Source: an uncultured Bacteroidota bacterium (GTDB taxonomy: Bacteria > CLD3 > SB21). Taken from it: DNA of 64,000 bases. The stretch is from contig CAYZJB010000001.1 of the NCBI GenBank assembly GCA_964478735.1, forward strand, positions 5,296 through 69,295, written 5' to 3'. Under the pieces are notes generated by a model. It made no database searches, had not been told where the DNA came from, and saw only the letters and a program-made list of their open reading frames with translations. The translations under genes and the position numbers were made by a program. Positions 38,422 through 48,537 of the stretch are shown piece by piece (positions within the stretch are counted from its first letter, which is position 1; each line of letters begins with the position of its first letter).

Positions 38422-39241
38422 GTGCGCCCGGCAGGGCGCACTCACTTGGGAGTGAGAATCTCCTACGAGCCTGATACGTTGGGGAGGCACAATCGAACCG
38501 ACAACTCCTGTAGCGATGCAGGACTAAACAGTCAGAAGTCAGCAGAGGGCATAATAGATACAGGTAACGAGTCAAGCGATGCTTGGGAGCCTCGTCACAT
38601 CGAGGCCTGAGCGTAAGAGAGTTCTTCAAAGGCCGGAGACTTTAGGAGTCGTATGGAGAAGGCAGCCAATGGCGCTGAGGGGCGCCACTTTCCCGGTGAG
38701 GGTAAAGTGGAACTTCGAGGCAATCGGGGAGAGCAGAGTACGACGATAGTGAAGAAGAATCAGGGCAGTCATGGAGTGGATGGAATGCAGGTAGGAACAC
38801 TCCTGGCATATTTGAGACTCCATGGCGAGACCATCGGGCAAAAGATACTGAACGGAGAGTATAAACCACAGCCGGTACGAAGAGTGGAGATACCCAAACC
38901 GGATGGTGGGATAAGGCTGTTGGGCAGTCCTCGACCGCGAGGATCGGCAGACTCAGGACGGTAATAACCGGAGGGGTCAACTACTTTGGTATCGCCGATA
39001 TGAAAGGACATTGGCGGATACTGTGGCGTGGCAATACGCTAATACGCGTAAAGCTACTGGCATACCTCTAACAGTTCCATCTTATCAGTCGCCTTGACCA
39101 ACACTTATTTTCACAATCTCGGTCTGATTGCCCTCTCCGATGTCTATCGAACCAATCTATAACTTTACGAACTGCCGTATACGGAACCGTACGTACGGTG
39201 GTGTGAGAGGGCGGGGAGAGTCATCTCCCCTTCTACTCGAT
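38422..39241 (+). mobile_element. degenerate group II intron (class C-like placement after a terminator hairpin), internally deleted
   Basis: 5' end GTGCGCCCGGCAGGGCGCAC (compare Ll.LtrB GTGCGCCCAGATAGGGTG). IEP ORF 38653..38964 with NKGA-like GVDG...YKPQPVRRVEIPKPDGGIRLLG. Out-of-frame GGVNYFGIADMKGHWRILWRG (X-domain RGWxNYY-like motif) at ~38980-39060. Domain V-like GCCGTATACGG..CGTACGTACGGTG at 39174-39200. Domain VI-like GGGGAGAG/CTCCCC with 3' ..ACTCGAT. Confidence 0.7.
38653..38964 (+). pseudogene. group II intron reverse transcriptase/maturase, truncated (N-terminal RT0/RT1 region only)
   Basis: The motif string matches IEP N-termini. The ORF terminates after GGIRLLG where RT motifs 2-7 should follow. 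Confidence 0.7.
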
Positions 39242-39264
39242 TCCTTAAATATTGACCTGCAGAA

Positions 39265-39769
39265 CTAAAAATGCAGCATGGTCATACCGATGACGGACAG
39301 CATCAGTCCGGCAACGCCAAACCATGCACCGAAGTTCAGTTTATCCTGAAGCATTTGAATGGCCTGCTGCTGCTCGGGTGACGGTGCGCCCGAAAGCTGT
39401 GCCGTCAATTGGCCGAGTTTTTTGGCCGTCGGCGCCTGAACGGCATGGCCCCATATCAAAATAATCAATCCGCTGACCATTCCGACGATCAAGCCGATCC
39501 CACCGGGCCAGTGCAGACTCATCATGGAAAAACCCGACGATACACGCCAGTACATGATCAGACCGCTCAGGGCGTTGAGTCCGGAAACCATCATCATGTA
39601 CTGCGACAGTTTCTGTTTCTGCATAAGGTGCGACATGAACGGCGCCGCCTGCGGACCGAGCGCACGTGCCGAAGGCATCAGAAAAGCCGCGATCACGACC
39701 GCCGATCCCACCCACAAAACGCCGGCCACGACGTGAATGATTTTCAGAACCAGCCAACTGTACATCATA
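39265..39769 (-). CDS. hypothetical integral membrane protein (about 4 TM helices)
   Basis: MMYSWLVLKIIHVVAGVLWVGSAVVIAAF...; GGGAG ribosome-binding site upstream; lies immediately downstream of rny. Confidence 0.5.
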
Positions 39770-39781
39770 GACGCACTCCCT

Positions 39782-41344
39782 TTATTTGGCAAAATCCACG
39801 GCACGGTACTCGCGGATGACCGTGACCTTGATCTGACCCGGATACTGAAGATCGTTTTCGATTTTATGGGCGATGTCATCGGCGACCTGGATCGCCTGAT
39901 TGTCGTTGGCCGCCGCACAATCGACGAGAACGCGTACTTCTCGTCCGGCCTGTACGGCATACGCCTGTGAAACGCCGTTGAAGGAAAGGGCGAATTGCTC
40001 GAGCTGGTTGAGCCGTTTGATATAGGTTTCCAGCGATTCTTTTTTGGCGCCCGGCCGTTCTTTCGACAGCCGATTGGCGGCATGGACGACGATCGACAGC
40101 GGGTGGGCAAACGGCGGATCGTCGTGATGGTGCAGGATCGCGTTTTGAATGACCTGCGCTTCGCCGTACTTGCGCACCAGTTCGGCGCCGGCGATTGTAT
40201 GCGGCTGGTCTGAGCGGTCGACCGCGTATCCAATATCGTGTAAAATCCCGGCGCGCCGGGCCATCTGGGGATCGAGTCCCATTTCCACCGCGATCATGCC
40301 CGCAATGGCCGACGTTTCGACGCTGTGCTGGAGAAGGTTCATGCCGTACGCGTGCCGGAATTTCAACTTGCCGGTCATTTTGACCAATTCTGGATGCGTG
40401 CCGTGTACACCTGCATCGTAAAATGCCTGTTCGCCGTAATTCATCATCTGTTCGTCCAGATCGCGACGTGCTTTTTCGACAAGGTCTTCGATGCGGCCCG
40501 GATGGATGCGGCCATCGGCGATCAACGATTCAAGGGCGATTTTTGCAATTTCACGGCGGATCGGATCGAAACACGAGACGAGGATCGTATTCGGCGTGTC
40601 GTCGATCAAGACTTCACACCCGGTCAGCGTTTCGAATGCACGGATGTTACGTCCCTCCCGCCCGATGATGCGGCCTTTCATCTCGTTGCTCGGAAGTTTG
40701 ATCGCCGTGGCCGTACCGTCGACGACATATTCAAGGCCCGCGCGCTGCATGGCCTGGATGAGAACGTGTTTGACTTCGTCTTTGGCCGTCAGTTGCGCCT
40801 GTTCCTTGATATTACGGATGGACTGGGCGGCCTCCTGCTTGGCCTGGTCGACCAGATTGTTCATCAGAACCTGTTTGGCTTCTTCGACCGTCATGCGGGC
40901 GACCTGTTCGAGTTTGGCATTCTGGCCCTGGATCAGACTGTCCAACTGCTGCTGCTTTCGCTGGACGTCGTCCATTTTTGAAACGAGCAGACTTTCACGG
41001 GTCGTGAGGTCTTTTTCCTTGCGCGTGAGAAGGTCGCCCTTTTGTTCGACGCTGCGTTCGCGTCGGGCGAGATCGTCCTGTTGGGCTTTGACTTCGCTCT
41101 TGATCTGTTTCGTACGTTCGTCGAATTCCTGGCGTTTGCGGTACCATTCATCCTGAACTTCGAGCAATTTTTCTTTTTTCAGGTTCTCCGCGTCGGCCAG
41201 CGCATCCTGTTTGATCTTGTGGGATTCCTGTTCCGCCTCGCGAATACGCTTGCTGACCCGGATTCGGGTGGCGTAGATCTGACCGAAGAGAAAAGCGGCG
41301 GTCGATGCGACGACGACGGCCAGTATGAGTAGGACGATTTCCAT
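39782..41344 (-). CDS. rny: ribonuclease Y
   Basis: N-terminal TM helix, coiled coil, KH domain (GRIIGREGRNIRAFE), HD domain (HDIGYAVD). Confidence 0.9.
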   Translation of the reverse strand: MEIVLLILAVVVASTAAFLFGQIYATRIRVSKRIREAEQESHKIKQDALADAENLKKEKLLEVQDEWYRKRQEFDERTKQIKSEVKAQQDDLARRERSVEQKGDLLTRKEKDLTTRESLLVSKMDDVQRKQQQLDSLIQGQNAKLEQVARMTVEEAKQVLMNNLVDQAKQEAAQSIRNIKEQAQLTAKDEVKHVLIQAMQRAGLEYVVDGTATAIKLPSNEMKGRIIGREGRNIRAFETLTGCEVLIDDTPNTILVSCFDPIRREIAKIALESLIADGRIHPGRIEDLVEKARRDLDEQMMNYGEQAFYDAGVHGTHPELVKMTGKLKFRHAYGMNLLQHSVETSAIAGMIAVEMGLDPQMARRAGILHDIGYAVDRSDQPHTIAGAELVRKYGEAQVIQNAILHHHDDPPFAHPLSIVVHAANRLSKERPGAKKESLETYIKRLNQLEQFALSFNGVSQAYAVQAGREVRVLVDCAAANDNQAIQVADDIAHKIENDLQYPGQIKVTVIREYRAVDFAK

Positions 41345-41471
41345 GATATTCCTCTAATCTATATAAACACGCAATGCATCCATGATTCCATGCACCACGT
41401 GAATTCAACCGTTCGGGGGACGCCGAATTCGGCGTGATCCTGCTTACGGTACGGACGACATGTCGTATTCG

Positions 41472-41837
41472 TCAGTCCTGGGAAAACAGAGATATGGCGG
41501 GCGTCGGGGGGGCCTCGGGCTCTTCCTGAGGTTCCTGAGAAGTCTTTTGATTGACCAGGTCGACCAGTTTCTGAATGCGCTGTTCCATGCTGTCCAGATC
41601 CTGGCGCTGCTCGTCGCGAGTCTTGAAGAATTCGTCGGCAATGTTTAAAGCCGCCAGGATGGCGACTTTTAACGGAGACTTGATCATCCCCTGGTTGTTG
41701 ACTTCTCTCATTTTCTGGTCAACGTATCGTGCGACCGCTCGTACGTGATCCGCGCTCGTATCGCCCTTGATCACGTACTCCGATCCGTATATGCTGACCT
41801 TAACGGCGCCTTTATCCACGGTTTTCCTGTGGTGCAA
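41472..41837 (-). CDS. zapA: cell division protein ZapA
   Basis: VKVSIYGSEYVIKG...LKVAILAALNIADEF pattern. Confidence 0.75.
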   Translation of the reverse strand: MHHRKTVDKGAVKVSIYGSEYVIKGDTSADHVRAVARYVDQKMREVNNQGMIKSPLKVAILAALNIADEFFKTRDEQRQDLDSMEQRIQKLVDLVNQKTSQEPQEEPEAPPTPAISLFSQD

Positions 41838-42201
41838 AAATCAGTTTTTCCAATCGATCGATTTTCTCCAATAGTTCCATAAGCTGTGACCGGAGTCGTT
41901 CCGTCGTCGGGGAATGTGGTCCGGCTTTTTTTACATGTTCCAGTTCTTCCCGCTGCTGACGAAACGCATTTTGCAATTCGTCCATCGCGGTCTCTTTGGA
42001 ACGAATGACCTGCTGCAATCGCAAGATCACCTGTTCATGATCGGCCAGCGCGTCCGACGGCTCTTTCGTCGTGACGACGCGGCGCAATTTTTCGTTTTCA
42101 GATTCCAGAAAGTCCACGTGCGCCAGAAGACCCTCAATGCTCTGTTCCAGTGAAACGAGCGTTTCCGACGGAGCTTTTTTGGATCGCTGTCGCAACCGCA
42201 T
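41812..42201 (-). CDS. coiled-coil protein (ZapB-like or DUF904-like), function unknown
   Basis: Heptad-rich sequence with LESENEKLRR; sits between pheT and zapA. Confidence 0.45.
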   Translation of the reverse strand: MRLRQRSKKAPSETLVSLEQSIEGLLAHVDFLESENEKLRRVVTTKEPSDALADHEQVILRLQQVIRSKETAMDELQNAFRQQREELEHVKKAGPHSPTTERLRSQLMELLEKIDRLEKLIFAPQENRG

Positions 42202-42205
42202 AATC

Positions 42206-44608
42206 TTACGTTCGGAGACGTGCTCCGAATTCTTTTTCGGCCGATTGGATCAGCCCGTGCATGATCGTATCGACTTCGTTTTCAGTCAATGTCCGGTCGA
42301 CCGCTTGAAACGTCAGACTGATCGCCAGACTGTGCTCGCCTTTGGCCATCGGTTGTCCCGTGTACCGATCGAAAATTTCGGCCGAATCCAGGAGTGGTCC
42401 GGACCGGGCTTTGACGAACTCCAAAACTTTTTCCGATTCAATTTCATCGCGCAGGATCAATGCAAGATCGCGTCGGACAAACGGGAACCGGGGTACTTCA
42501 CGAAACGTGGGTTGGAATCGCGCACTGGCGGCGAGGGCATCGTAGTCTATCTGAAATACAAAAACATCGACGTCAATGTCGAATTTGGATAATATCGTGC
42601 GATTCAACCGACCGAAGTTTCCGAGGACGATCGGTCTGTCTGATTGACCGATGAACACTTGCCGGACTTCGTCCGTGAAAATACTTGATTTATCATAACC
42701 AATATGGCGTAGAGAGTCAAGGTGAAACTTGTGCGCAAGGGCCGTGAAAACCGCTTTTACGTCAAAAAAATCAATGGTTTCGTTCTTTCCGTCCCAGTGT
42801 GTGGGAAAACGCCGTCCCGTGAGGCAGCCGGTAATCCAGGTGCGTTCTTCAGGTAATTCGGCATCCGTTTTCCGGAATGTCCGGCCAATTTCATACACCC
42901 GAACGTCCATGTTTTTTCTAAACAGATTTCCGCGAACCACGTGCAGCAGTCCGGGAAGAAGCGACGCCCGCATCACGGCCATATCTTCGTTGATCGGATT
43001 TCTTAATCGAACGAAGGCTGCGTCCGGAACGACGTGCAGCTGTTCGCCGGCGCTGACCATGGAATTGGTAACCGCTTCGTCGATGCCGAGTTCACTCAGC
43101 AATTCGCGTACGCTTCCGGCGAGGCGTTCGCGATCCAGACCGTCATCGCGGTACGTGATGTATGCTCCGGTAGCGTTCGGGATACGATTGTACCCGTGTA
43201 CTCTGGCCACTTCTTCGATCAGGTCTTCCCGAATCCGAAGGTCGCGGCGAAACGATGGCGGCGTCACCTGAAGCGCGTCGAGAGATTGCGATTGGACAAT
43301 ACATCCGATACGGCGCAGATAGGCGACGATATCGTCGGCCGGAATGTCAAGGCCGAGCAACCGCGCGACTTCTTTGATCGGAAGTTCGATGACGACGCGC
43401 TCCGGCGGCACGGCGACCACGTCGACGGCTCCGCGCAGTAATTCACCGCCTGAGAGTTGCTGGATCAAATGGCAGGCACGATCGAGCGCCCGGCACGTCG
43501 CTTCTTCATCGACGCCGCGCTCGAAACGCTGGGATGCGTCGGTCTGGATTCCCAATTTTCGCGCCGTTCGCCGGGTCCGGGTAGGATGGAACCAGGCGGC
43601 TTCGAGAAGAATATTGCCGGTTGAATCGTTGATTTCGGAATTTTGTCCGCCCATCACTCCGCCGAGAGCCACGGCACGCTCCGCGTCGCAAATCAGGATC
43701 GCCTGATCGTCGAGCGTATGGGTTTTACCGTCCAGCGTGGTAAACTGGGAACCGGCCTGCGAGCGTCGTACGATAATGGTATGGCCGGTAATCCGATCAT
43801 AGTCGAATGCATGCAGCGGTTGACCCATTTCCAACATGACAAAGTTCGTCACGTCCACGATGGTATTGATGCTGCGCTGGCCGACGGATTCGAGTCGCTG
43901 CACGAGCCAGGCCGGCGATGGGCCGACGCGGATGCCTTTGATGATGCGTGCGGCGTAACGGTGGCAGCCGTCGGTATCTTCGATCCGAACCTGAATCGCG
44001 TCGGACGTCGATATTGACGATTCGTTCATCTCCATCGGCGGCAGTCGAACGGAGGTCTTTTCGATCACTGCAACTTCGCGCGCTATACCGATCATATTCA
44101 ACAGGTCGGGCCGATTGCTCGTAATGTCGAGATCGAATATCGTATCTCCGCCGACGAATTTGGAAAAGGGCATGCCGAGCGCGTGGGGTTGTGTGTCGTC
44201 CAGTTCCCATATCCCCGGGCTTTTTTCTTTTTCAAATCCGAGTTCGCTGCGCGAACAGATCATACCGTTGGATTCCTGGCCGCGAATCTTTGCTTTTTTG
44301 ATCTCGAATCCGCCCGGCATGACGGTCCCCATCGTTGCGACAGGAACGAGTTGTCCTGCTTTTACATTGGGAGCGCCGCAGACGATGTCCAGCACGGCAT
44401 GACCGATATCGACCTTCGTCAGAGACAGTTTATCCGCATTGGGGTGTTTGTCGACTTCGAGCACACGGCCGACGACGATACCGTCCAGTGAGGGCGGGCC
44501 TTCGATACCCTCCACCGCAAGTCCGTTCATCGAAAGCCGTTCGGCCAGTTCCGCTGTGGACAGCGTGACATCGACGTAATTGCGGATCCAGTTCAGTCCA
44601 AATTTCAT
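42206..44608 (-). CDS. pheT: phenylalanine--tRNA ligase beta subunit
   Basis: MKFGLNWIRNYVD N-terminus; B3/B4, tRNA-binding and FDX-ACB domain order; about 800 aa. Confidence 0.9.
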   Translation of the reverse strand: MKFGLNWIRNYVDVTLSTAELAERLSMNGLAVEGIEGPPSLDGIVVGRVLEVDKHPNADKLSLTKVDIGHAVLDIVCGAPNVKAGQLVPVATMGTVMPGGFEIKKAKIRGQESNGMICSRSELGFEKEKSPGIWELDDTQPHALGMPFSKFVGGDTIFDLDITSNRPDLLNMIGIAREVAVIEKTSVRLPPMEMNESSISTSDAIQVRIEDTDGCHRYAARIIKGIRVGPSPAWLVQRLESVGQRSINTIVDVTNFVMLEMGQPLHAFDYDRITGHTIIVRRSQAGSQFTTLDGKTHTLDDQAILICDAERAVALGGVMGGQNSEINDSTGNILLEAAWFHPTRTRRTARKLGIQTDASQRFERGVDEEATCRALDRACHLIQQLSGGELLRGAVDVVAVPPERVVIELPIKEVARLLGLDIPADDIVAYLRRIGCIVQSQSLDALQVTPPSFRRDLRIREDLIEEVARVHGYNRIPNATGAYITYRDDGLDRERLAGSVRELLSELGIDEAVTNSMVSAGEQLHVVPDAAFVRLRNPINEDMAVMRASLLPGLLHVVRGNLFRKNMDVRVYEIGRTFRKTDAELPEERTWITGCLTGRRFPTHWDGKNETIDFFDVKAVFTALAHKFHLDSLRHIGYDKSSIFTDEVRQVFIGQSDRPIVLGNFGRLNRTILSKFDIDVDVFVFQIDYDALAASARFQPTFREVPRFPFVRRDLALILRDEIESEKVLEFVKARSGPLLDSAEIFDRYTGQPMAKGEHSLAISLTFQAVDRTLTENEVDTIMHGLIQSAEKEFGARLRT

Positions 44609-44753
44609 AAAAACTCCATCCAAAACCGTAGAAACGTGTGAGAAATAAGCGATTTTTGACGGTTAAATCAAGGAACGGCTGAGGTTGAGGTGAGGGTTGG
44701 TGGGGAGATCGATCCGTAACTTTATTGAGGGTCAATAGTTGTGTAAGGGCGTT

Positions 44754-45089
44754 TTATAGATCCAGAGCTTTTTCGAGTTGCGCAATTAGCGGAGGTAAGT
44801 CTCGATCAACGGTATCCCACACGAGTTCAATATCAACATCAAAATAACTGTGTATCAGATGATTTCTCATTCCGATGATATCCCGCCAAGGGATTGACCG
44901 GAATTCGGACGTGGTTTCGATTGTTACTTTACTGGCGGCTTCACCGATGATTTCAAGATCTTTGATGAGAGACAACACAAGCATTCGGTCCGTCTCGAGG
45001 TCTTTGCGTGTCCGTCCCAACATAAAATATCGAGCCTCTTTCGCTGCGTCCAGCATATGTTGCATTCGGATGCGATCAGTTTGATGCAT
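44754..45089 (-). CDS. hepT: HepT-like (DUF86) toxin of a HepT/MntA toxin-antitoxin pair
   Basis: RNHLIHSYFDVDIELVW (R-x4-HxY motif). Confidence 0.75.
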   Translation of the reverse strand: MHQTDRIRMQHMLDAAKEARYFMLGRTRKDLETDRMLVLSLIKDLEIIGEAASKVTIETTSEFRSIPWRDIIGMRNHLIHSYFDVDIELVWDTVDRDLPPLIAQLEKALDL

Positions 45090-45381
45090 ATTGAACCTCA
45101 GCAGACTTCAGCACATGATCTCTGAAATAACGGCTTATTTCGTTTGGAGTACGCAGATCGACAGCACGTCCACCGACGAGTTCCGAAAGCTCGCGCTGAA
45201 TCACTGAAAATCCAAAGAAACCCGGAGTTCTTCCTTCTTCAAATTCAACAAGGATATCAATATCGCTTTTCGGGCTGAAATCAGAGCGTAAAGCGGATCC
45301 GAACACCGATAGCTTTCGAATATTATGCCGTCGGCAAAGATCTGATAATTTCTCTTTGGGAAGGCTTATATTAGAATTCAT
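45076..45381 (-). CDS. mntA: MntA-type nucleotidyltransferase antitoxin
   Basis: VFGSALRSDFSPKSDIDILV (GSx10DxD motif). Confidence 0.78.
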   Translation of the reverse strand: MNSNISLPKEKLSDLCRRHNIRKLSVFGSALRSDFSPKSDIDILVEFEEGRTPGFFGFSVIQRELSELVGGRAVDLRTPNEISRYFRDHVLKSAEVQYASN

Positions 45382-45593
45382 GTCAATTCCGTGCTAATTA
45401 TATTAAGCATAACGTTAACTGATATAAAGTGTCGAAATCTACTCAAAAATACACGTATTTTGGTATCCTCTGGCTCTGATTTTCATTTTTTTAGTTCACT
45501 TGCCGGAACCTGATCGCCAATAGCGGCCCAATCTTTTTGACTTTGCCGGGAAAGAATTCTAATTTCGTGGCGTTCATCAACACGGAGCCTGTC

Positions 45594-47129
45594 ATGCCAC
45601 ATCCGCTTTCTCGTTTAAAACCGACGTCCGTCTTCGATTATTTTTATCAGATCACGCAAATTCCACGTCCGAGCAAAAAAGAACATAAAATGCGGACGTT
45701 CGTCAAAGATTTTGCCTCGACGCATGGATTAGAATCTGCCGAAGACGAAGCCGGCAACGTCGTTATCTACAAAAAAGCCTTTCGTGGCTACGAAAAACGC
45801 CCATCCGTTTTGCTCCAGGGCCATCTCGACATGGTCTGTGAAAAAACGCCGGATACCAAGATCGATTTCGAGAGCGATCCCATTACGCCGCGCATCGACG
45901 GAACATGGGTACGCGCGAGCGGGACGACGCTTGGCGCGGACAACGGAATCGCTCTCGCGACCATGTTATCGATCCTGGCCGATCCGGCAGCCCAACACGG
46001 TCCGCTCGAATGTCTCTTTACCGTCGACGAGGAGACCGGCCTCAACGGAGCGAAAAACGTGAACCCGGCGCTCATCCGAAGCCGGATTTTACTCAATCTC
46101 GATTCCGAAGAAGAAGGCGTGATTTTCATCGGGTGCGCCGGCGGAAAGGACGCGACCTTGACGTATCCGGTGAAGTGGAAAACGCCCGATCCGGAGCGTC
46201 GTGCCCTGCATGTGTCCGTCACGGGTTGTACGGGCGGTCACTCGGGGATGGACATTCATTTGGGCAGGGCCAATGCCATCAAATGTCTATCGCGCGTTCT
46301 CTGGTCGGTCGCGCGCGATCCCGGAATTCGTCTTGCATCGATCCGCGGCGGCAACCTGCGGAACGCCATTCCACGCGATGCGGAAGCCGTCATCGTCGTT
46401 AGGCCGGAAGACCTGCCCCTCGTCAAATTGCGCCTCTCGTCAGCGATCGAACCCATCGTGCCGGTGTATGCCTCGACGGATCCCAACATGACGATTCGTT
46501 TTGAGGATTGTGAATTGCCTTCGCGGGTTCTCAAAAAAGGTCCGACGAATGCGATAGTAAGTTTACTTCATATCCTGCCGCATGGCGTTCAGGCGATGAG
46601 CAAGGACATTCCCGGAGTCGTCGAAACATCGTTGAATCTGGCGACCGTCGAGACGCGGGACGATGCCGTCGTCATTGGGAGCAGTCAGCGCAGCTCGATC
46701 GAATCGGAAAAGCAAAATCTAAACAGCCGTGTACGCGCTGCCGCCGAATGGATCGGGTGCGACGTCGTCGAATCCGACGGATATCCCGGGTGGCAGCCGG
46801 ATATGAACAGTTCGGTGCTCGCCGTTGCACGAAACGTGTTTCAAACCATCTACCGGCGCGAACCGGCCGTGACGGCCATCCACGCAGGTTTGGAATGCGG
46901 ACTGTTGAAGGAAAAATTTCCGGACATGGACATGATTTCTTTCGGACCGACGATCATGGGCGCGCATTCGCCCGACGAGCGACTGCTGATTCCTACCGTC
47001 GAACCGTTTTATCGCGCGACGCTGGCGATCCTAGAGTCGATCGGGAACGCTTCTTCGCAAAAGAAGCCGGCGGCGCGTAACTCGCGAAAACCGGCCAGGC
47101 AAAGCAGAAAAACGCGTTCAAAAAAATGA
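45594..47129 (+). CDS. pepD: aminoacyl-histidine dipeptidase (PepD, M20C family) with Lys/Arg-rich C-terminal tail
   Basis: FDYFYQITQIPRPSKKE N-terminus; HLDMV and DNGIA motifs. Tail SSQKKPAARNSRKPARQSRKTRSKK. Confidence 0.82.
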   Translation: MPHPLSRLKPTSVFDYFYQITQIPRPSKKEHKMRTFVKDFASTHGLESAEDEAGNVVIYKKAFRGYEKRPSVLLQGHLDMVCEKTPDTKIDFESDPITPRIDGTWVRASGTTLGADNGIALATMLSILADPAAQHGPLECLFTVDEETGLNGAKNVNPALIRSRILLNLDSEEEGVIFIGCAGGKDATLTYPVKWKTPDPERRALHVSVTGCTGGHSGMDIHLGRANAIKCLSRVLWSVARDPGIRLASIRGGNLRNAIPRDAEAVIVVRPEDLPLVKLRLSSAIEPIVPVYASTDPNMTIRFEDCELPSRVLKKGPTNAIVSLLHILPHGVQAMSKDIPGVVETSLNLATVETRDDAVVIGSSQRSSIESEKQNLNSRVRAAAEWIGCDVVESDGYPGWQPDMNSSVLAVARNVFQTIYRREPAVTAIHAGLECGLLKEKFPDMDMISFGPTIMGAHSPDERLLIPTVEPFYRATLAILESIGNASSQKKPAARNSRKPARQSRKTRSKK

Positions 47130-47896
47130 ATTTCGACGGCTCGCTGATCGAACGTTTGCGGAAAGTCAGAAAAATCGCCGTCCTGACCGGTGCCGGCATT
47201 TCGGCGGAAAGCGGCGTACCGACGTTTCGCGACGCCCAGACCGGCATCTGGGCCCATTTCGATCCGGAAGAGCTGGCGACGCCGGAAGCTTTTCGCCGTA
47301 ACCCGGAACGCGTCTGGTCATGGTATCAATCGCGACGAGAGTCCATGGTGCAGGTCCAGCCGAATCCAGGGCACTATGCGCTGGCGCAATGGGAAATGAG
47401 GGCCGCTTCGTTTTCGATCGCGACTCAGAACATTGACGGACTGCACCATCGGGCGGGCAGCCGAACCGTGTATGAAATTCATGGCAATATCCACCGGACG
47501 AAATGTTTTCAGGAAAACGCGATCGTGGATTCATGGATGGACGACGGTACCGTGCCGCCCCGATGTCCGCGATGCGGAGGATGGCTGAGGCCGGATGTCG
47601 TATGGTTCGGTGAAATGTTGCCGGCATCGGAAATGGAAAAAGCGCAGGACGACGCGTTGATCTGCGACGTCTACCTGTCGATCGGAACATCGGCCATTGT
47701 TTATCCTGCCGCGGGTCTGCCGATGATGGCGAAGGGGGTGGGGAAGACTCTGGTGGAAATTAACCCGGAAGCCACGCCGTTGACGCCGTCGGTCGATTTT
47801 TTTCTCAAAGGAAAGTCCGGCGAGATTTTGCCGGAACTTGTTCGCAACGTGTTTAATATTCACAGTAACATGATGGCGGATAGGAGGACGAATTGA
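47126..47896 (+). CDS. cobB: NAD-dependent protein deacylase (sirtuin, CobB)
   Basis: GAGISAESGVPTFRD; QNIDGLH; Zn ribbon CPRCGG. Confidence 0.88.
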   Translation: MNFDGSLIERLRKVRKIAVLTGAGISAESGVPTFRDAQTGIWAHFDPEELATPEAFRRNPERVWSWYQSRRESMVQVQPNPGHYALAQWEMRAASFSIATQNIDGLHHRAGSRTVYEIHGNIHRTKCFQENAIVDSWMDDGTVPPRCPRCGGWLRPDVVWFGEMLPASEMEKAQDDALICDVYLSIGTSAIVYPAAGLPMMAKGVGKTLVEINPEATPLTPSVDFFLKGKSGEILPELVRNVFNIHSNMMADRRTN

Positions 47897-48537
47897 CGCG
47901 GGGATTGTTCATCAGTTTTGAAGGCATCGACGGAAGCGGAAAATCGACGCAGGTTGAAAAACTCGGCGAGCGATTGAAGCAGGAGACATTCCGTGTCTTG
48001 ACGTTACGTGATCCCGGAGGGAGCGACATTTCGGAACAGATCCGGCATATCTTGCTGGAGTCGGCCAATTCAAGGATGTCGTCGATCACCGAACTTCTTT
48101 TGTACGAAGCGGCACGGGCGCAGATCGTGGAAGAAAAAATTCGGCCGGGTTTGAGATCGCACGACGTCGTGATCATTGACCGCTATGCCGATTCCACCAC
48201 GGCGTATCAGGGCTACGGACGCGGTATCGATTTGGAAATCATTCGCAAGAGCAACGAGGTTGCCACCGGCGGGCTTAATCCGGACCTGACGTTTTTCATC
48301 GACATTCCGTGGGATACTGCGCGCTTGCGCAGCGGTGACCGCGTTCAGGACCGATTGGAATCCGAGACCGAGAGTTTCTTCAACGCCGTAAGAAACGGCT
48401 ATCTGACGATCGCGGCGGACCAACCCGAACGGTTTCGTGTGATCGACGGCAGTCAAAGCGTCGACACCGTGGCTCAGGCCATTTACCAAGAGACCGCCAA
48501 ACGTACGAGTTCGTGGCTCCTCCAGCAGCTTCAGTAA
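47893..48537 (+). CDS. tmk: thymidylate kinase
   Basis: FISFEGIDGSGKSTQ P-loop and DRY motif. TTG start with AGGAGG ribosome-binding site. Confidence 0.9.
   Translation: MTRGLFISFEGIDGSGKSTQVEKLGERLKQETFRVLTLRDPGGSDISEQIRHILLESANSRMSSITELLLYEAARAQIVEEKIRPGLRSHDVVIIDRYADSTTAYQGYGRGIDLEIIRKSNEVATGGLNPDLTFFIDIPWDTARLRSGDRVQDRLESETESFFNAVRNGYLTIAADQPERFRVIDGSQSVDTVAQAIYQETAKRTSSWLLQQLQ

Noticed and set aside
38422-38455. Palindromic GTGCGCCCGGCAGGGCGCAC...TCACTTGGGAGTGA considered as a REP/BIME-type extragenic repeat
   Set aside because: The downstream RT-like ORF, X-domain motif and domain V/VI-like helices make a group II intron 5' end the better explanation. The second copy at 51808 is then an intron fragment rather than a REP unit.
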